IMG/VR virus record: IMGVR_UViG_3300044608_002890
Source: a virus
Direction: 5' to 3' (one strand)
Length of the DNA: 64,000 nt
Position 1 is the first letter of the stretch; every line of letters begins with the position of its first letter. The translations under genes and the position numbers were made by a program. Below the pieces are notes generated by a model that saw only the letters and a list, made by a program, of their open reading frames with translations, did no database searches and had not been told where the DNA came from. This document shows positions 15,871 through 24,888 of the stretch, one piece after another.

Positions 15871-16960
15871 AAAAGTAGCAGATCCCCGCAAGGTCAAGAA
15901 GGTTGACATTGAGCCTAATGCCGTCGCCATCAAGGCTGGCGAGTCCGGTTACCAAACTCAGCTCATGCGAGCTCTAAGCTGGTATCATGCCGAACAGGAT
16001 CGCAAAGATGCCACCAAGTTTGCTCGTAGCTGGATCAAGCAGCACATGCCCGAAAGCCTCATAGGCTTTGACAAGGCACGAGGCGAGGTAACACCCACCT
16101 TTGGATGGTTGTGTCGCATACATCAGCGTGGTGCCGTACTTTCGGACTTGCATGTAAATAAGATTCGTGACTACATGCGAGTCTATGCCAAACTTCAGGC
16201 CAATGAAGTTGTTGTAGCAGTCAAGGCCACTCCGCGGCCCAGCATTCAGGAAAGCATGGATGCCAAGGCTCGCGAATATCTGGGCAACATCGAAGGTGCC
16301 CTGGATGACTTCCTCAAAGAAGGCAAAGACTTCGACATCGAAGCAGACCTCAAAGGCAAGGAAATACCCAAGGCCTATGCTCCTAAGATCGAACAGTTCC
16401 TCAAGAACAAGCTTCGTGAAATCATTGAAGTCATCGAAGCCAAGGACAAGGACCTGGTTGAAGGTTATAGCAATCTCAAAAAGAAACATCAAAAGGACTA
16501 TGCCAAGTTTCTGGCTGGCATGATCGAGGGATTGAACAAGTACGCAGCATTCAAGCAGGCCAATCGCAAGCCTCGTCCCAAGAAGGCTAAGCCGCCTACG
16601 GTGCAGGTTGCCAAGCTCCAGTATCTCAAGGAACATGCCGAGCTTAAATTGAACAGCGTGAGCCCAGTAGAAATCATTGGAGCCAGCCAGGCCTGGATTT
16701 ATAATGTCAAGTCCAAGAAGCTAAGTGTGTATCGTACCGACAGTGGTCAGGGTCTGCAGTGCAAAGGAACCAGGCTGCAGAATTACGATCCCGACATGAG
16801 TGACATGCGCACCCTTCGCAAGCCTGCTGACCAGACACAAGAAATTCTCAACGCTGGCAAGGTGCAGCTTCGTAAATTCATGGAGGCCCTGACCACCAAA
16901 GCCGCCAACCCCAATGGCATTGTTAATGCAGATTGCATCATACTACGAGTGATAAAATAA
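15863..16960 (+). CDS. Conserved T4-like hypothetical protein (basic, helical)
   Basis: 365-aa ORF with GGAG RBS; KLQYLKE...SVSPVEIIGA...TLRKP motif seen in T4-like phages. Confidence 0.75.
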   Translation: MVEKVADPRKVKKVDIEPNAVAIKAGESGYQTQLMRALSWYHAEQDRKDATKFARSWIKQHMPESLIGFDKARGEVTPTFGWLCRIHQRGAVLSDLHVNKIRDYMRVYAKLQANEVVVAVKATPRPSIQESMDAKAREYLGNIEGALDDFLKEGKDFDIEADLKGKEIPKAYAPKIEQFLKNKLREIIEVIEAKDKDLVEGYSNLKKKHQKDYAKFLAGMIEGLNKYAAFKQANRKPRPKKAKPPTVQVAKLQYLKEHAELKLNSVSPVEIIGASQAWIYNVKSKKLSVYRTDSGQGLQCKGTRLQNYDPDMSDMRTLRKPADQTQEILNAGKVQLRKFMEALTTKAANPNGIVNADCIILRVIK

Positions 16961-17448
16961 TGGGCCCAACCTTGGCTGGACCTTCGTTCATTGACAAGAG
17001 TGTGCAAGACATCTGCGGTTACCTGAACATATCAGAACCTAGCTACGTAGAGTTCAGATTTTGCGATCGCCGTGGCAACATCAACAGCCTCATCGGTCGC
17101 GGCGTTTATGTCATACACGACTACAATGAAGCATTTTATGTTGGCATGAGCAATACGGCCAACACCGGAGGCATGCGGCTAAGGTTTCTGAGTCACCTCA
17201 GAAAGATCAAACGTCGAGTGCCCAGTGCCGAAGATGCCATGACCGAAAGCTGGCGCTACTTCTTGGAAGAATATAGCATTGCCATGGATTTGGATCTTGA
17301 CAAACTTTACTTTAGAGCTTATCATATGGCTGGATACAAGCCCAGCAAGATCTTGGCTCTGGAAAGCATACTCATAGACCGGTTGCGATCCGTAGCCAAT
17401 GATGAAATTTATAACGAAATTATGGAGTCTCTAAGTGATAGTAATTGA
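16960..17448 (+). CDS. GIY-YIG superfamily nuclease
   Basis: GVYVI...FYVGMS...RF..H...E pattern; TAATG coupling. Confidence 0.6.
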   Translation: MGPTLAGPSFIDKSVQDICGYLNISEPSYVEFRFCDRRGNINSLIGRGVYVIHDYNEAFYVGMSNTANTGGMRLRFLSHLRKIKRRVPSAEDAMTESWRYFLEEYSIAMDLDLDKLYFRAYHMAGYKPSKILALESILIDRLRSVANDEIYNEIMESLSDSN

Positions 17449-18313
17449 TTACAGTCAGACTGCTATTAGCAATCTCATGGCCGAACTCGGCGGCCGAACC
17501 GATGTTGAGATCAATGTTCCATTGATTCGGCACATGATCCTGAACAGCATTCGTGGCTACAAGAAAAAATTTGGTAATACCTATGGTGAAATGGTGCTGG
17601 CCTGTGACAGTAAAAACTACTGGCGCAAGGAGATTTTTCCTTTCTACAAGAAGCATCGCAAAAAAGATCGTGAAGATTCGGGCTTCGATTGGAAAGCCAT
17701 CTTCGACACTCTGGATACCATTCGTGATGAAATCCAAAGCTTCTTCCCCTACAAGGTCCTGTGGATCGAAGGAGCCGAAGCCGATGACATCATTGCAGTC
17801 ATGGCTAAATACAGTCAGACCAGCAGCAATGGCAATCCGCTGTTCGATGAGCCCGAACCTTTCTTGGTCATCAGCGGAGATCATGACTTTGTACAACTGC
17901 AGAAATATAAGAATGTCAAACAGTTTTCGCCAACTCAGAAAAAATTTGTGGTCCCAGACTCAACGCCGGAGAGAGCTCTATTGGAACACACGATCCGTGG
18001 CGACAAAGGAGACGGAGTCCCCAATGTACTTAGCCCCGACGAAAGTGTATACGAAAACATTCGGCAACGTCCAATCACCAGCAAAAAAATAGACGAATGG
18101 ACCGATCCAGCCAAGCGTCCACAGGATCTGGAATTTCAGACTCGGTGGATTCGTAACCAGACTCTGGTGGATTTTAATTTTATTCCTGCAGATGTAGAAC
18201 AACGTATCCTGCAGACCTATCTAAGTCTGCCCAACAAAGATCGCAGTAAATTGTTCAATTATTTTGTTCATCATAAAATGAAAAACATGATGGAAGTTAT
18301 CGAGGAGTTCTGA
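17435..18313 (+). CDS. rnh: T4-type RNase H (5'-3' exonuclease)
   Basis: IDYSQ, ACD...WRK...YK..R, EADDII, SGDHDF.QL, GDKGDGVPN motifs. Confidence 0.95.
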   Translation: MIVIDYSQTAISNLMAELGGRTDVEINVPLIRHMILNSIRGYKKKFGNTYGEMVLACDSKNYWRKEIFPFYKKHRKKDREDSGFDWKAIFDTLDTIRDEIQSFFPYKVLWIEGAEADDIIAVMAKYSQTSSNGNPLFDEPEPFLVISGDHDFVQLQKYKNVKQFSPTQKKFVVPDSTPERALLEHTIRGDKGDGVPNVLSPDESVYENIRQRPITSKKIDEWTDPAKRPQDLEFQTRWIRNQTLVDFNFIPADVEQRILQTYLSLPNKDRSKLFNYFVHHKMKNMMEVIEEF

Positions 18314-18894
18314 TGAAGACCACCATACCTCAGGTGCTTGAAGAAGTAGAGAAGGCCAAGACACACGAAGAAAAAGTCGCAGTGTTGCAAAAGTATAACA
18401 CCACACAGCTTCGTGGTATCTTGAACATGAACTTCAACCCTGCTCTGAATTTTAATCTACCCGAAGGAACGCCACCGTTTAAAAACGATGTCGAACGTCC
18501 TTTGGGTTATACCGAGACCAATCTGTACACCGAATATCGAAGATTCTACATCTGGTTGACACCCAACGAACTTTCTCGCACCAAACGTGAAAATCTGTTC
18601 ATTCAGATGCTGGAAGGCATACACAGCACCGAAGCCGAACTGGTGCTGTTGATCAAGGATCGTAAACTTACACACAAGTACCCTAGTATAACGCCCGAAG
18701 TAATCCGAGCAGCATTTCCTACGCTTCTGCCCGAAACTCTAGCAGAAATTCCGCCACTGGAAAAGGTCAAGAAGGAACCTAAACCCAAGGCCAAAGCAAA
18801 AAAGGATTCTGGGGCTGGCTCCGTAGCTGGTTTGACTCCGGAAATGGAGAAGCAGCTCCTGCAACAACAGCTAGCCGGTCTGACTGGACCGTAG
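18313..18894 (+). CDS. Conserved T4-like protein (DUF6433-type)
   Basis: LPEG.PPFK...KRENLFIQMLEG.H..EAEL....KD; usual neighbour of rnh. Confidence 0.75.
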   Translation: MKTTIPQVLEEVEKAKTHEEKVAVLQKYNTTQLRGILNMNFNPALNFNLPEGTPPFKNDVERPLGYTETNLYTEYRRFYIWLTPNELSRTKRENLFIQMLEGIHSTEAELVLLIKDRKLTHKYPSITPEVIRAAFPTLLPETLAEIPPLEKVKKEPKPKAKAKKDSGAGSVAGLTPEMEKQLLQQQLAGLTGP

Positions 18895-19245
18895 TTTCTG
18901 ACGGTCCCACGGATCGCAATTTCAATCATAGGTTATTGGATATCCGAAAGCTCAAACATGAAAATCGTTCCACTTCACGTAGCATTTCCAAGTTTGACCT
19001 TTAGATATCCTTTTCATATCATGGCCGATGGCATACTTGTCAACAGCGTTGGTGGTGTTCCCACCAACCAAAGTTACAGGAACATCAATCAGCCCATACA
19101 TGTAGAGCCTGCAGTAAAGTTATATCTCAGCCCAGCAGCTCTAGAAATTCTTACCAAACTCCGAAATGACATCCAATAACATCCGTAACAGCAGACCCTT
19201 TATGACTGCAGTTGCAGATCTCCCACGCATGTACTATGATCTAAC

Positions 19246-19482
19246 ATGGAAAAGAAAACGCACTACAACTACATCACCGGTATCGATACCGGACCCTGGT
19301 ATGTCTGGACCGACGGAGACGACGTCTTTGTCATGTCCGAAGACTTTACCCACGACGTTACCCTCGACATCCGAGGAGATTTTACCGACATCGATGCCAA
19401 ACGAAGATATGCCCACTTCATCTGCGAAGCGCTCAACGAAAAAGCGGAAAAAGTAAATACGGTTATTGACAGCCTGCACTAA
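19246..19482 (+). CDS. Hypothetical protein
   Basis: Protein-like ORF ending in next promoter. Confidence 0.6.
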   Translation: MEKKTHYNYITGIDTGPWYVWTDGDDVFVMSEDFTHDVTLDIRGDFTDIDAKRRYAHFICEALNEKAEKVNTVIDSLH

Positions 19483-19494
19483 AGGTGCTATACT
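19466..19494 (+). promoter_or_regulatory. Early sigma70-type promoter
   Basis: TTGACA-17nt-TATACT with GGTGC. Confidence 0.85.
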
Positions 19495-19526
19495 ACGTAC
19501 TGTGACCATGAAGAAGGGACTATATT

Positions 19527-19904
19527 ATGACCATGCATCTGGAACATCCTAAATTCACTACCACAGGCAAGCGCCGGGGCAAATTCAAATGGGCTTCGGC
19601 AGAACAGAAACGACAGCATGAAGAACTTGAACAAAGTTGGAAAACGTTGGTGGATGCGACTCGCAGCAAAGTTGCAACTAGTCGACCACTTACTAGGCCC
19701 TTTCCCAAACTCGTTCCTCCACCGGGACGTACCACCAATGCACACATACCTAGTCTGGACACAGGTCTAGGTACAACGGCCAAGAAAGCTGCTCCGGTGT
19801 ATACGGGTACCAAGATCAAAGGCATAGGTACCATGCACAAGAGCAACGCAGTTCCCATCTTTAGCGATACCGAAGCCAAAGAAATTTCTAGCATGAGGCG
19901 CTGA
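19527..19904 (+). CDS. Conserved T4-like basic hypothetical protein
   Basis: C-terminal YTG..IKGIGTMHKSNAVPIF...A..I..MRR motif. Confidence 0.8.
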   Translation: MTMHLEHPKFTTTGKRRGKFKWASAEQKRQHEELEQSWKTLVDATRSKVATSRPLTRPFPKLVPPPGRTTNAHIPSLDTGLGTTAKKAAPVYTGTKIKGIGTMHKSNAVPIFSDTEAKEISSMRR

Positions 19905-20104
19905 TGCGGCCTCAGTACAGTCCCAATCCCTATCTTTGCGAGATCTGGCCCTATGATGCCTGGTCCCGCGACCTCATAACAGAGTTTGCCGCAAATCTCG
20001 GTCTGACCTGGACCGAAGTACCCACCACCATGGGTACACCAGCACTGAAGTTTGAACCCGTTGATTTTATGAATTTCATGTCTTTCTTGAAGGAGTTAAA
20101 ATGA
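19904..20104 (+). CDS. Hypothetical protein
   Basis: TGATG coupling. Confidence 0.55.
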   Translation: MRPQYSPNPYLCEIWPYDAWSRDLITEFAANLGLTWTEVPTTMGTPALKFEPVDFMNFMSFLKELK

Positions 20105-20379
20105 CCATTCCCAGCAGTCCGGCCGATCGCAAGGCCATCAAAGGTGCGCTCGATGAAATTTCGGGCAGCATGACACGCATCGAAGCCGAGCGTGACCTCA
20201 TCAAAGAAGCCATTGCCAATACCTGTGAAAACTTTGGTCTCAACAAGAAGACCTTTCGTCGCATGGCCAAGGTCTACCATCGTCAGAACTTTACACAGGA
20301 ACGTGAAGAGCACGAAGAATTCGAAACGCTCTATGAGACCATCACCAATACCACAACCATGAAGGAACAGGCAGCATGA
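20101..20379 (+). CDS. dsbA: T4 DsbA-like double-stranded DNA-binding protein
   Basis: Helical pattern ...FRRMAKVYHRQNF..E..E.EE...LYETI similar to T4 DsbA; AAGGAG RBS. Confidence 0.65.
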   Translation: MTIPSSPADRKAIKGALDEISGSMTRIEAERDLIKEAIANTCENFGLNKKTFRRMAKVYHRQNFTQEREEHEEFETLYETITNTTTMKEQAA

Positions 20380-20618
20380 AGTACACCATCAAAGCACATG
20401 GCATCAACGATGAATACAGCATGGAGTTTAGTGCTTATACTGCAGCCGATGCCAAGCAGCAACTGGAACGTTTCGTGGATCTGGCTCAACCCATGGTTCA
20501 GGGACAGATTAACATCAATAATCTGGACCCAGCCTGCAGGATCAGTCCTTGGGCTTCGGGTTCTGACTGGGGCATCAATCTAAGCAGCATGCACGCAACC
20601 GACACCATGAAATTCTAA
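20376..20618 (+). CDS. Hypothetical protein
   Basis: ATGA overlap. Confidence 0.55.
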   Translation: MKYTIKAHGINDEYSMEFSAYTAADAKQQLERFVDLAQPMVQGQININNLDPACRISPWASGSDWGINLSSMHATDTMKF

Positions 20619-20620
20619 GC

Positions 20621-20824
20621 ATGGAACGCTACATACTTACACTGGCAACTGTGGATAGCATGAATCGTCCACGTAACCGCACCCTGGTGGGTGTATTTCG
20701 CAATCTGGATCAGGTCACAGACTACATGAAGTCTGTCATGGATCAGAACCCTGATGTCAAGCATCGCTGGGATGTTGGTCACATGATCGATCCTGCACAT
20801 GCCTGGGTGAATCATGGAACTTAG
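20621..20824 (+). CDS. Hypothetical protein
   Basis: ORF in operon. Confidence 0.55.
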   Translation: MERYILTLATVDSMNRPRNRTLVGVFRNLDQVTDYMKSVMDQNPDVKHRWDVGHMIDPAHAWVNHGT

Positions 20825-21017
20825 ATGGCTCAATGGTCGTCTACAGAGTCGCCAGCAAGGCAATTCTGGTTTGCGACATCCGTGGGTCGATGTACCAGAA
20901 TTTCGTGAAATCATACGTTGCCCTACGTGCCAGCAGGACATGACCAACAATGTCTGTCCAGTGCCCATAAACTGCCCCATGGCCGGTGTGCCGGAAATCG
21001 TAGCTGTAAGTCATTGA
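20814..21017 (+). CDS. Small Cys-rich hypothetical protein
   Basis: CPTCQ...CP...CP. Confidence 0.55.
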   Translation: MELRWLNGRLQSRQQGNSGLRHPWVDVPEFREIIRCPTCQQDMTNNVCPVPINCPMAGVPEIVAVSH

Positions 21018-21019
21018 TT
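21007..21019 (-). promoter_or_regulatory. IHF-consensus site upstream of early promoter
   Basis: Same 13-mer as 12264; AATCAATGACTTA on reverse strand. Confidence 0.5.
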
Positions 21020-21038
21020 TGCAAGTAAAAGAAAGTGC

Positions 21039-21067
21039 TTGACATCAGGGTTGGAATTTGCTAGAAT
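21039..21067 (+). promoter_or_regulatory. Early sigma70-type promoter
   Basis: TTGACA-17nt-TAGAAT with TGC. Confidence 0.8.
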
Positions 21068-21097
21068 CACTGTATGAATGAGGTAATAAATATGGTC

Positions 21098-21238
21098 ATG
21101 AAAAGCAAAGTCAAACGTCGTAACCCTTTGGCTCGGGAGCTATGGAGCCAGCGTTATTCACGCACCGTGGAGAACAAACTTGTCTACAAACGCAACAGCA
21201 AGCACCGACTACAGGATCATCAGTTGGTTCGACATTGA
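21098..21238 (+). CDS. Small basic hypothetical protein
   Basis: Manual translation MKSKVKRRNPLAREL...YKRNSKH; GAGG RBS. Confidence 0.5.
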   Translation: MKSKVKRRNPLARELWSQRYSRTVENKLVYKRNSKHRLQDHQLVRH

Positions 21239-21342
21239 TCAGCAACAATGGCGCGTACAGGTGCTGAATGGTACGACCATTGTAGAAGAACGTCAAGCAA
21301 GCAACATGATCGAAGTACACAAACTTGGGATTTTACTGCATA

Positions 21343-22671
21343 ATGAATACCGTATACACCGTCCTAGATAAATTAGCCAATGACAATAGTCGCCTGGCCA
21401 AAGAAGCCATTCTGCGGTCCGAGCTCCAGAATCAAGATTTTTGGCAAGCGGCTCGATTGGCACTCGATCCCTTTGTAAATTTTTACATCAAAAAAATTCC
21501 TGCGCACACCAAGTCACGGACCGGTACGCTGAGCCTAGCCCAGGCCCTAACAGAACTGGGTCGACTCAGCAATCGTGAAGTCACTGGCAACGCAGGCATA
21601 GATCATCTTGTATACATTTTGGAGAACGTGAGTGAAGCAGACAGCCTGGTTATTGAGCGAGTCATTGCAAAGGACCTCAAGTGTGGGGTCAGCGAAGCAA
21701 CCATCAACAAAATTAGACCTGGGCACATCCCAACCTATCCCGTCATGCTGGCTTCAGCCTACGACCAGCGACTCATTGACCGGTTCGACTGGCCAGGCAT
21801 CTGTCAGCTCAAGCTGGATGGCATGCGCTTTAACGCGATCGTCCGTGGTGAAAACGTAGAGTTTCGTAGCCGCAATGGCAAAGAAATCAGCATACCCAAT
21901 GACCTGTTTCCTAAGGCCTTTGTTGCTCTGGCCAAGGAGTATGGTGCTGACTATGTTTTCGATGGTGAACTGCTGGTAGTAGATGCTGCAGGTCGGCCTC
22001 TGGATCGCAAGACTGGCAACGGCATACTCAACAAGGCTGTCAAGGGCACAGTAAGCAAGTCAGAGGCTGCTCAGATTCGTGCTACCATCTGGGATGCCAT
22101 ACCCGTAGAAAATTTTGTCCAGGGCATCTATTCAGTAGCCTACGAAAGTCGCTTTACTAGACTCGTGGGCGCCCACAAGCAGTTTTCAGAGTCCAGCAGA
22201 CAATTAAGTCATTTGATTAGTCCGGTGTTTACCGAATATGTAAACAATGACTATGAGGCTCGCAGAATGTTCGAAAGATTTTTAGCCGAAGGTCAGGAAG
22301 GCACCATACTCAAGGATCGCAATGCCATCTGGGAAGACAAGCGCAGCAAGGGCAGCATTAAGTTCAAGGGCGAGCTCGAGGCTGACATGCGCATCATTGG
22401 CTGGGAGTTGGGCACGGGCAAGAATGCCAATCGTCTGGGAGCTTTAGTAGTTAGTTCCGAAGATGGGAGAATTGTTGTCAATGTTGGAACGGGTTTTACC
22501 GATGCCGATCGTGATTCGATTCAGCCTTCGGTGGTTGGCAAAATTGCTAGCATCAAATATAATGCACGCATACAGGACAAAAAGGGCAATACCGAAAGTT
22601 TGTTTTTGCCAGTGTTTGTAGAGATTCGCGAAGACAAGGATGTTGCAGATCATAGCACGGTCATGAAATAG
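21343..22671 (+). CDS. 30: ATP-dependent DNA ligase (gp30)
   Basis: KLDGMR (KxDG), FDGEL, EG.ILK, WEDKRS, OB-fold FLPVF..IR.DK. Confidence 0.95.
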   Translation: MNTVYTVLDKLANDNSRLAKEAILRSELQNQDFWQAARLALDPFVNFYIKKIPAHTKSRTGTLSLAQALTELGRLSNREVTGNAGIDHLVYILENVSEADSLVIERVIAKDLKCGVSEATINKIRPGHIPTYPVMLASAYDQRLIDRFDWPGICQLKLDGMRFNAIVRGENVEFRSRNGKEISIPNDLFPKAFVALAKEYGADYVFDGELLVVDAAGRPLDRKTGNGILNKAVKGTVSKSEAAQIRATIWDAIPVENFVQGIYSVAYESRFTRLVGAHKQFSESSRQLSHLISPVFTEYVNNDYEARRMFERFLAEGQEGTILKDRNAIWEDKRSKGSIKFKGELEADMRIIGWELGTGKNANRLGALVVSSEDGRIVVNVGTGFTDADRDSIQPSVVGKIASIKYNARIQDKKGNTESLFLPVFVEIREDKDVADHSTVMK

Positions 22672-22679
22672 GAGTTGTT

Positions 22680-22937
22680 ATGAGCCATACAGAGGACAAA
22701 ATCAAGAACAGTCAGCGCAGACATCGCGATGAAAATGCCATCAAAAAGCAAGTTAAGATTGCTACGGCCATGGGCATGAAGGTTACTGAGCCACACAAGT
22801 TAGCCAAGCATCATGCGCTGGATTGCGGTGTGCCCGATTGTCCGCTGTGCAGCAGTCCTCGTAAACGTGGCGAACTTAGCATTCAGGAAAAACGATTCTA
22901 TCAGGATTTGAAGGAAGATCATGAAACCGATCTATGA
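22680..22937 (+). CDS. Zn-finger hypothetical protein
   Basis: HALDCG...C..CS..RK; GGAG RBS. Confidence 0.7.
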   Translation: MSHTEDKIKNSQRRHRDENAIKKQVKIATAMGMKVTEPHKLAKHHALDCGVPDCPLCSSPRKRGELSIQEKRFYQDLKEDHETDL

Positions 22938-23478
22938 ATTCCGCATGGGCGATGTTGACGATCCAGATTTACTGGTGGGTCTGCACGTAGAAAGCAAACG
23001 CAGTTCCGGTGAAATTACTGCAGCCAATGTAAGCTACGAACTCATACCCAATGCTGGTCACATGGGCTGGGATGTCAAGATCTATGATGCCGATGAAAAA
23101 GCCAGCGAAGCTCGTGAATTGGATGAACTCAGAGATATCTTTGCAGAGAGTATGCGCAAAGATCAAGAACGCAGCGAAAAGCTTTGGAACGATTTGTCCG
23201 AAGAAGATCAGATTGATTTATTTTGTGCAGTTGTTCGAAGGATATGCAAAGCTGAGCTCGATGATCGGGGTTCTTACAGACATGCCTTATACAATGTATT
23301 TGGCTTCCATCAAGGGAGCTATGCACCAGCACTGAATGCTGGTTACATGTCTCTGCACAACAGTATCTTTACCGATACGGGCATTAATACCTTGATTAAA
23401 AACTTTTGCAGAGATCATGAACTCGAATTTACTGATGAACAGATCCAGGACTGGACTTTTAAACACAGATACTACTAA
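22921..23478 (+). CDS. Hypothetical protein
   Basis: AAGGA RBS, coupled. Confidence 0.7.
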   Translation: MKPIYEFRMGDVDDPDLLVGLHVESKRSSGEITAANVSYELIPNAGHMGWDVKIYDADEKASEARELDELRDIFAESMRKDQERSEKLWNDLSEEDQIDLFCAVVRRICKAELDDRGSYRHALYNVFGFHQGSYAPALNAGYMSLHNSIFTDTGINTLIKNFCRDHELEFTDEQIQDWTFKHRYY

Positions 23479-24608
23479 TGCCTACTCAACAAGAAATTGA
23501 CCACTTCCTTAGGAAAACACGAGGAAATCTTTACAGAGGACTGTCTCGTAGACGCAACAAACGCAAAGACAGCCTTATGCCTCAACACTATACCGATGAC
23601 ATACCAGGACCGCATATGTTTGATGATCTAGCCCATAGTCCGTTCCACATGGCGGCCAGCAGTGTAGACGATATTATTATCAGTCAGATACTGCAGAAAA
23701 GATTCTTAGCCAACAAAGATGTCGAGCTGGAACGCATCTATTTGCTGACCGATGTTCGTACCGTAAGAAAGTTCATTTCGACTCTCAAAGAACCCAAGCG
23801 TGTCTTTAGCATGAGCGAAGATCATGGCTATGTGTTCTTTGCAGACGATTGCTATTGGGAATATGGTGCAGACTCCAACATGGTCAGAGTCAAGTTCGTA
23901 GGCGGTAAAGATTTCGTTGGCTCTTGGAGCAAGAAGCTCAGCGAAGAATTTACCATTGCCAAGAGCTTTGTTGAATGGATGTATACTTCGGATGGCAACA
24001 GTGCCACTGTACCCATTACCGATGAAAAGCAGCCCTTGCCTGAAATGTATCCGTTTCTCACTAAGGATTTGTTCGAGTACTATGATGATTACATGGATAG
24101 TTCGGCGAGTGTGCTGGTGTTGCTAGGCCCGCCTGGTACAGGCAAGACCAGCTTTATTCGTGGCCTGTTGCAGTACACCAAGACCAATGCCCTGGTTAGC
24201 TATGATGCCAGCATCCTGGAAAAGGACTATATCTTTGCCCGCTTTGTCGAAGGACAGAACAACGTCATGATCCTGGAAGATGCCGATACCTTTTTGGGTT
24301 GCAGATCCGATGGCAACGATGTCATGCACAAATTCTTGAACGTTGGCGACGGGCTAATTACTAGCAAAGGTAAAAAGATGATCTTTAGCACCAACCTGCC
24401 CAGCATCAAGGACATAGATCCTGCGTTGGTTCGTCCGGGTCGTTGTTTTGATGTTCTGGAGTTCCGTCCCATGCAGGAGACCGAGCATCAGGCTCTGGCC
24501 GATAAATTGGGCATTGATCGCATGACCGGTGAAAAGACTCTGGCAGAAATTTTCCACAGTCAGATTCATGCTCCCAAGGTCAAACGTCGTAACATGGGGT
24601 TTTATTGA
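23478..24608 (+). CDS. AAA+ ATPase (T4 NrdC.10-like)
   Basis: Walker A GPPGTGKT, Walker B ILEDAD, STN sensor, RPGR arginine finger. Confidence 0.9.
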   Translation: MPTQQEIDHFLRKTRGNLYRGLSRRRNKRKDSLMPQHYTDDIPGPHMFDDLAHSPFHMAASSVDDIIISQILQKRFLANKDVELERIYLLTDVRTVRKFISTLKEPKRVFSMSEDHGYVFFADDCYWEYGADSNMVRVKFVGGKDFVGSWSKKLSEEFTIAKSFVEWMYTSDGNSATVPITDEKQPLPEMYPFLTKDLFEYYDDYMDSSASVLVLLGPPGTGKTSFIRGLLQYTKTNALVSYDASILEKDYIFARFVEGQNNVMILEDADTFLGCRSDGNDVMHKFLNVGDGLITSKGKKMIFSTNLPSIKDIDPALVRPGRCFDVLEFRPMQETEHQALADKLGIDRMTGEKTLAEIFHSQIHAPKVKRRNMGFY

Positions 24609-24630
24609 TAAATACAGGGAGGAGACTCCC
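24607..24630 (+). promoter_or_regulatory. T4-type late promoter plus RBS-sequestering hairpin
   Basis: GATAAATA then GGGAG-GAGA-CTCCC hairpin directly before ATG 24631. Confidence 0.55.
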
Positions 24631-24888
24631 ATGGCAAATGTCATTCCTTTTCCGATGCCCAATCGGAAGCTACATTTATTTAATGATGAAGAAATATTTG
24701 TGACCGTTGCTGCTATCAACGTCTTTGGTGCTGCGGAATCTGGCAAGGCCAGCGCATCTAATCTCTATGCCTACGAAGCAGAATTTGTCGTAGCCTGTGT
24801 AAAACAGCTCAAAGACTGCGGACTCATGAGCAATCGTGCCCGAGTAATTTGTCGTCATATCATTGAAAGATACAAGGCCTCACAATGA
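24631..24888 (+). CDS. Hypothetical protein
   Basis: ATG after AGGAG; NVIPFP motif; start moved from 24529. Confidence 0.65.
   Translation: MANVIPFPMPNRKLHLFNDEEIFVTVAAINVFGAAESGKASASNLYAYEAEFVVACVKQLKDCGLMSNRARVICRHIIERYKASQ

Noticed and set aside
15974-16636. 220-aa minus-strand ORF (and similar antisense ORFs at 11484, 17420, 19520, 36092, 36412)
   Set aside because: Antisense shadows of codon-biased + strand genes, with no RBS or recognisable motifs.
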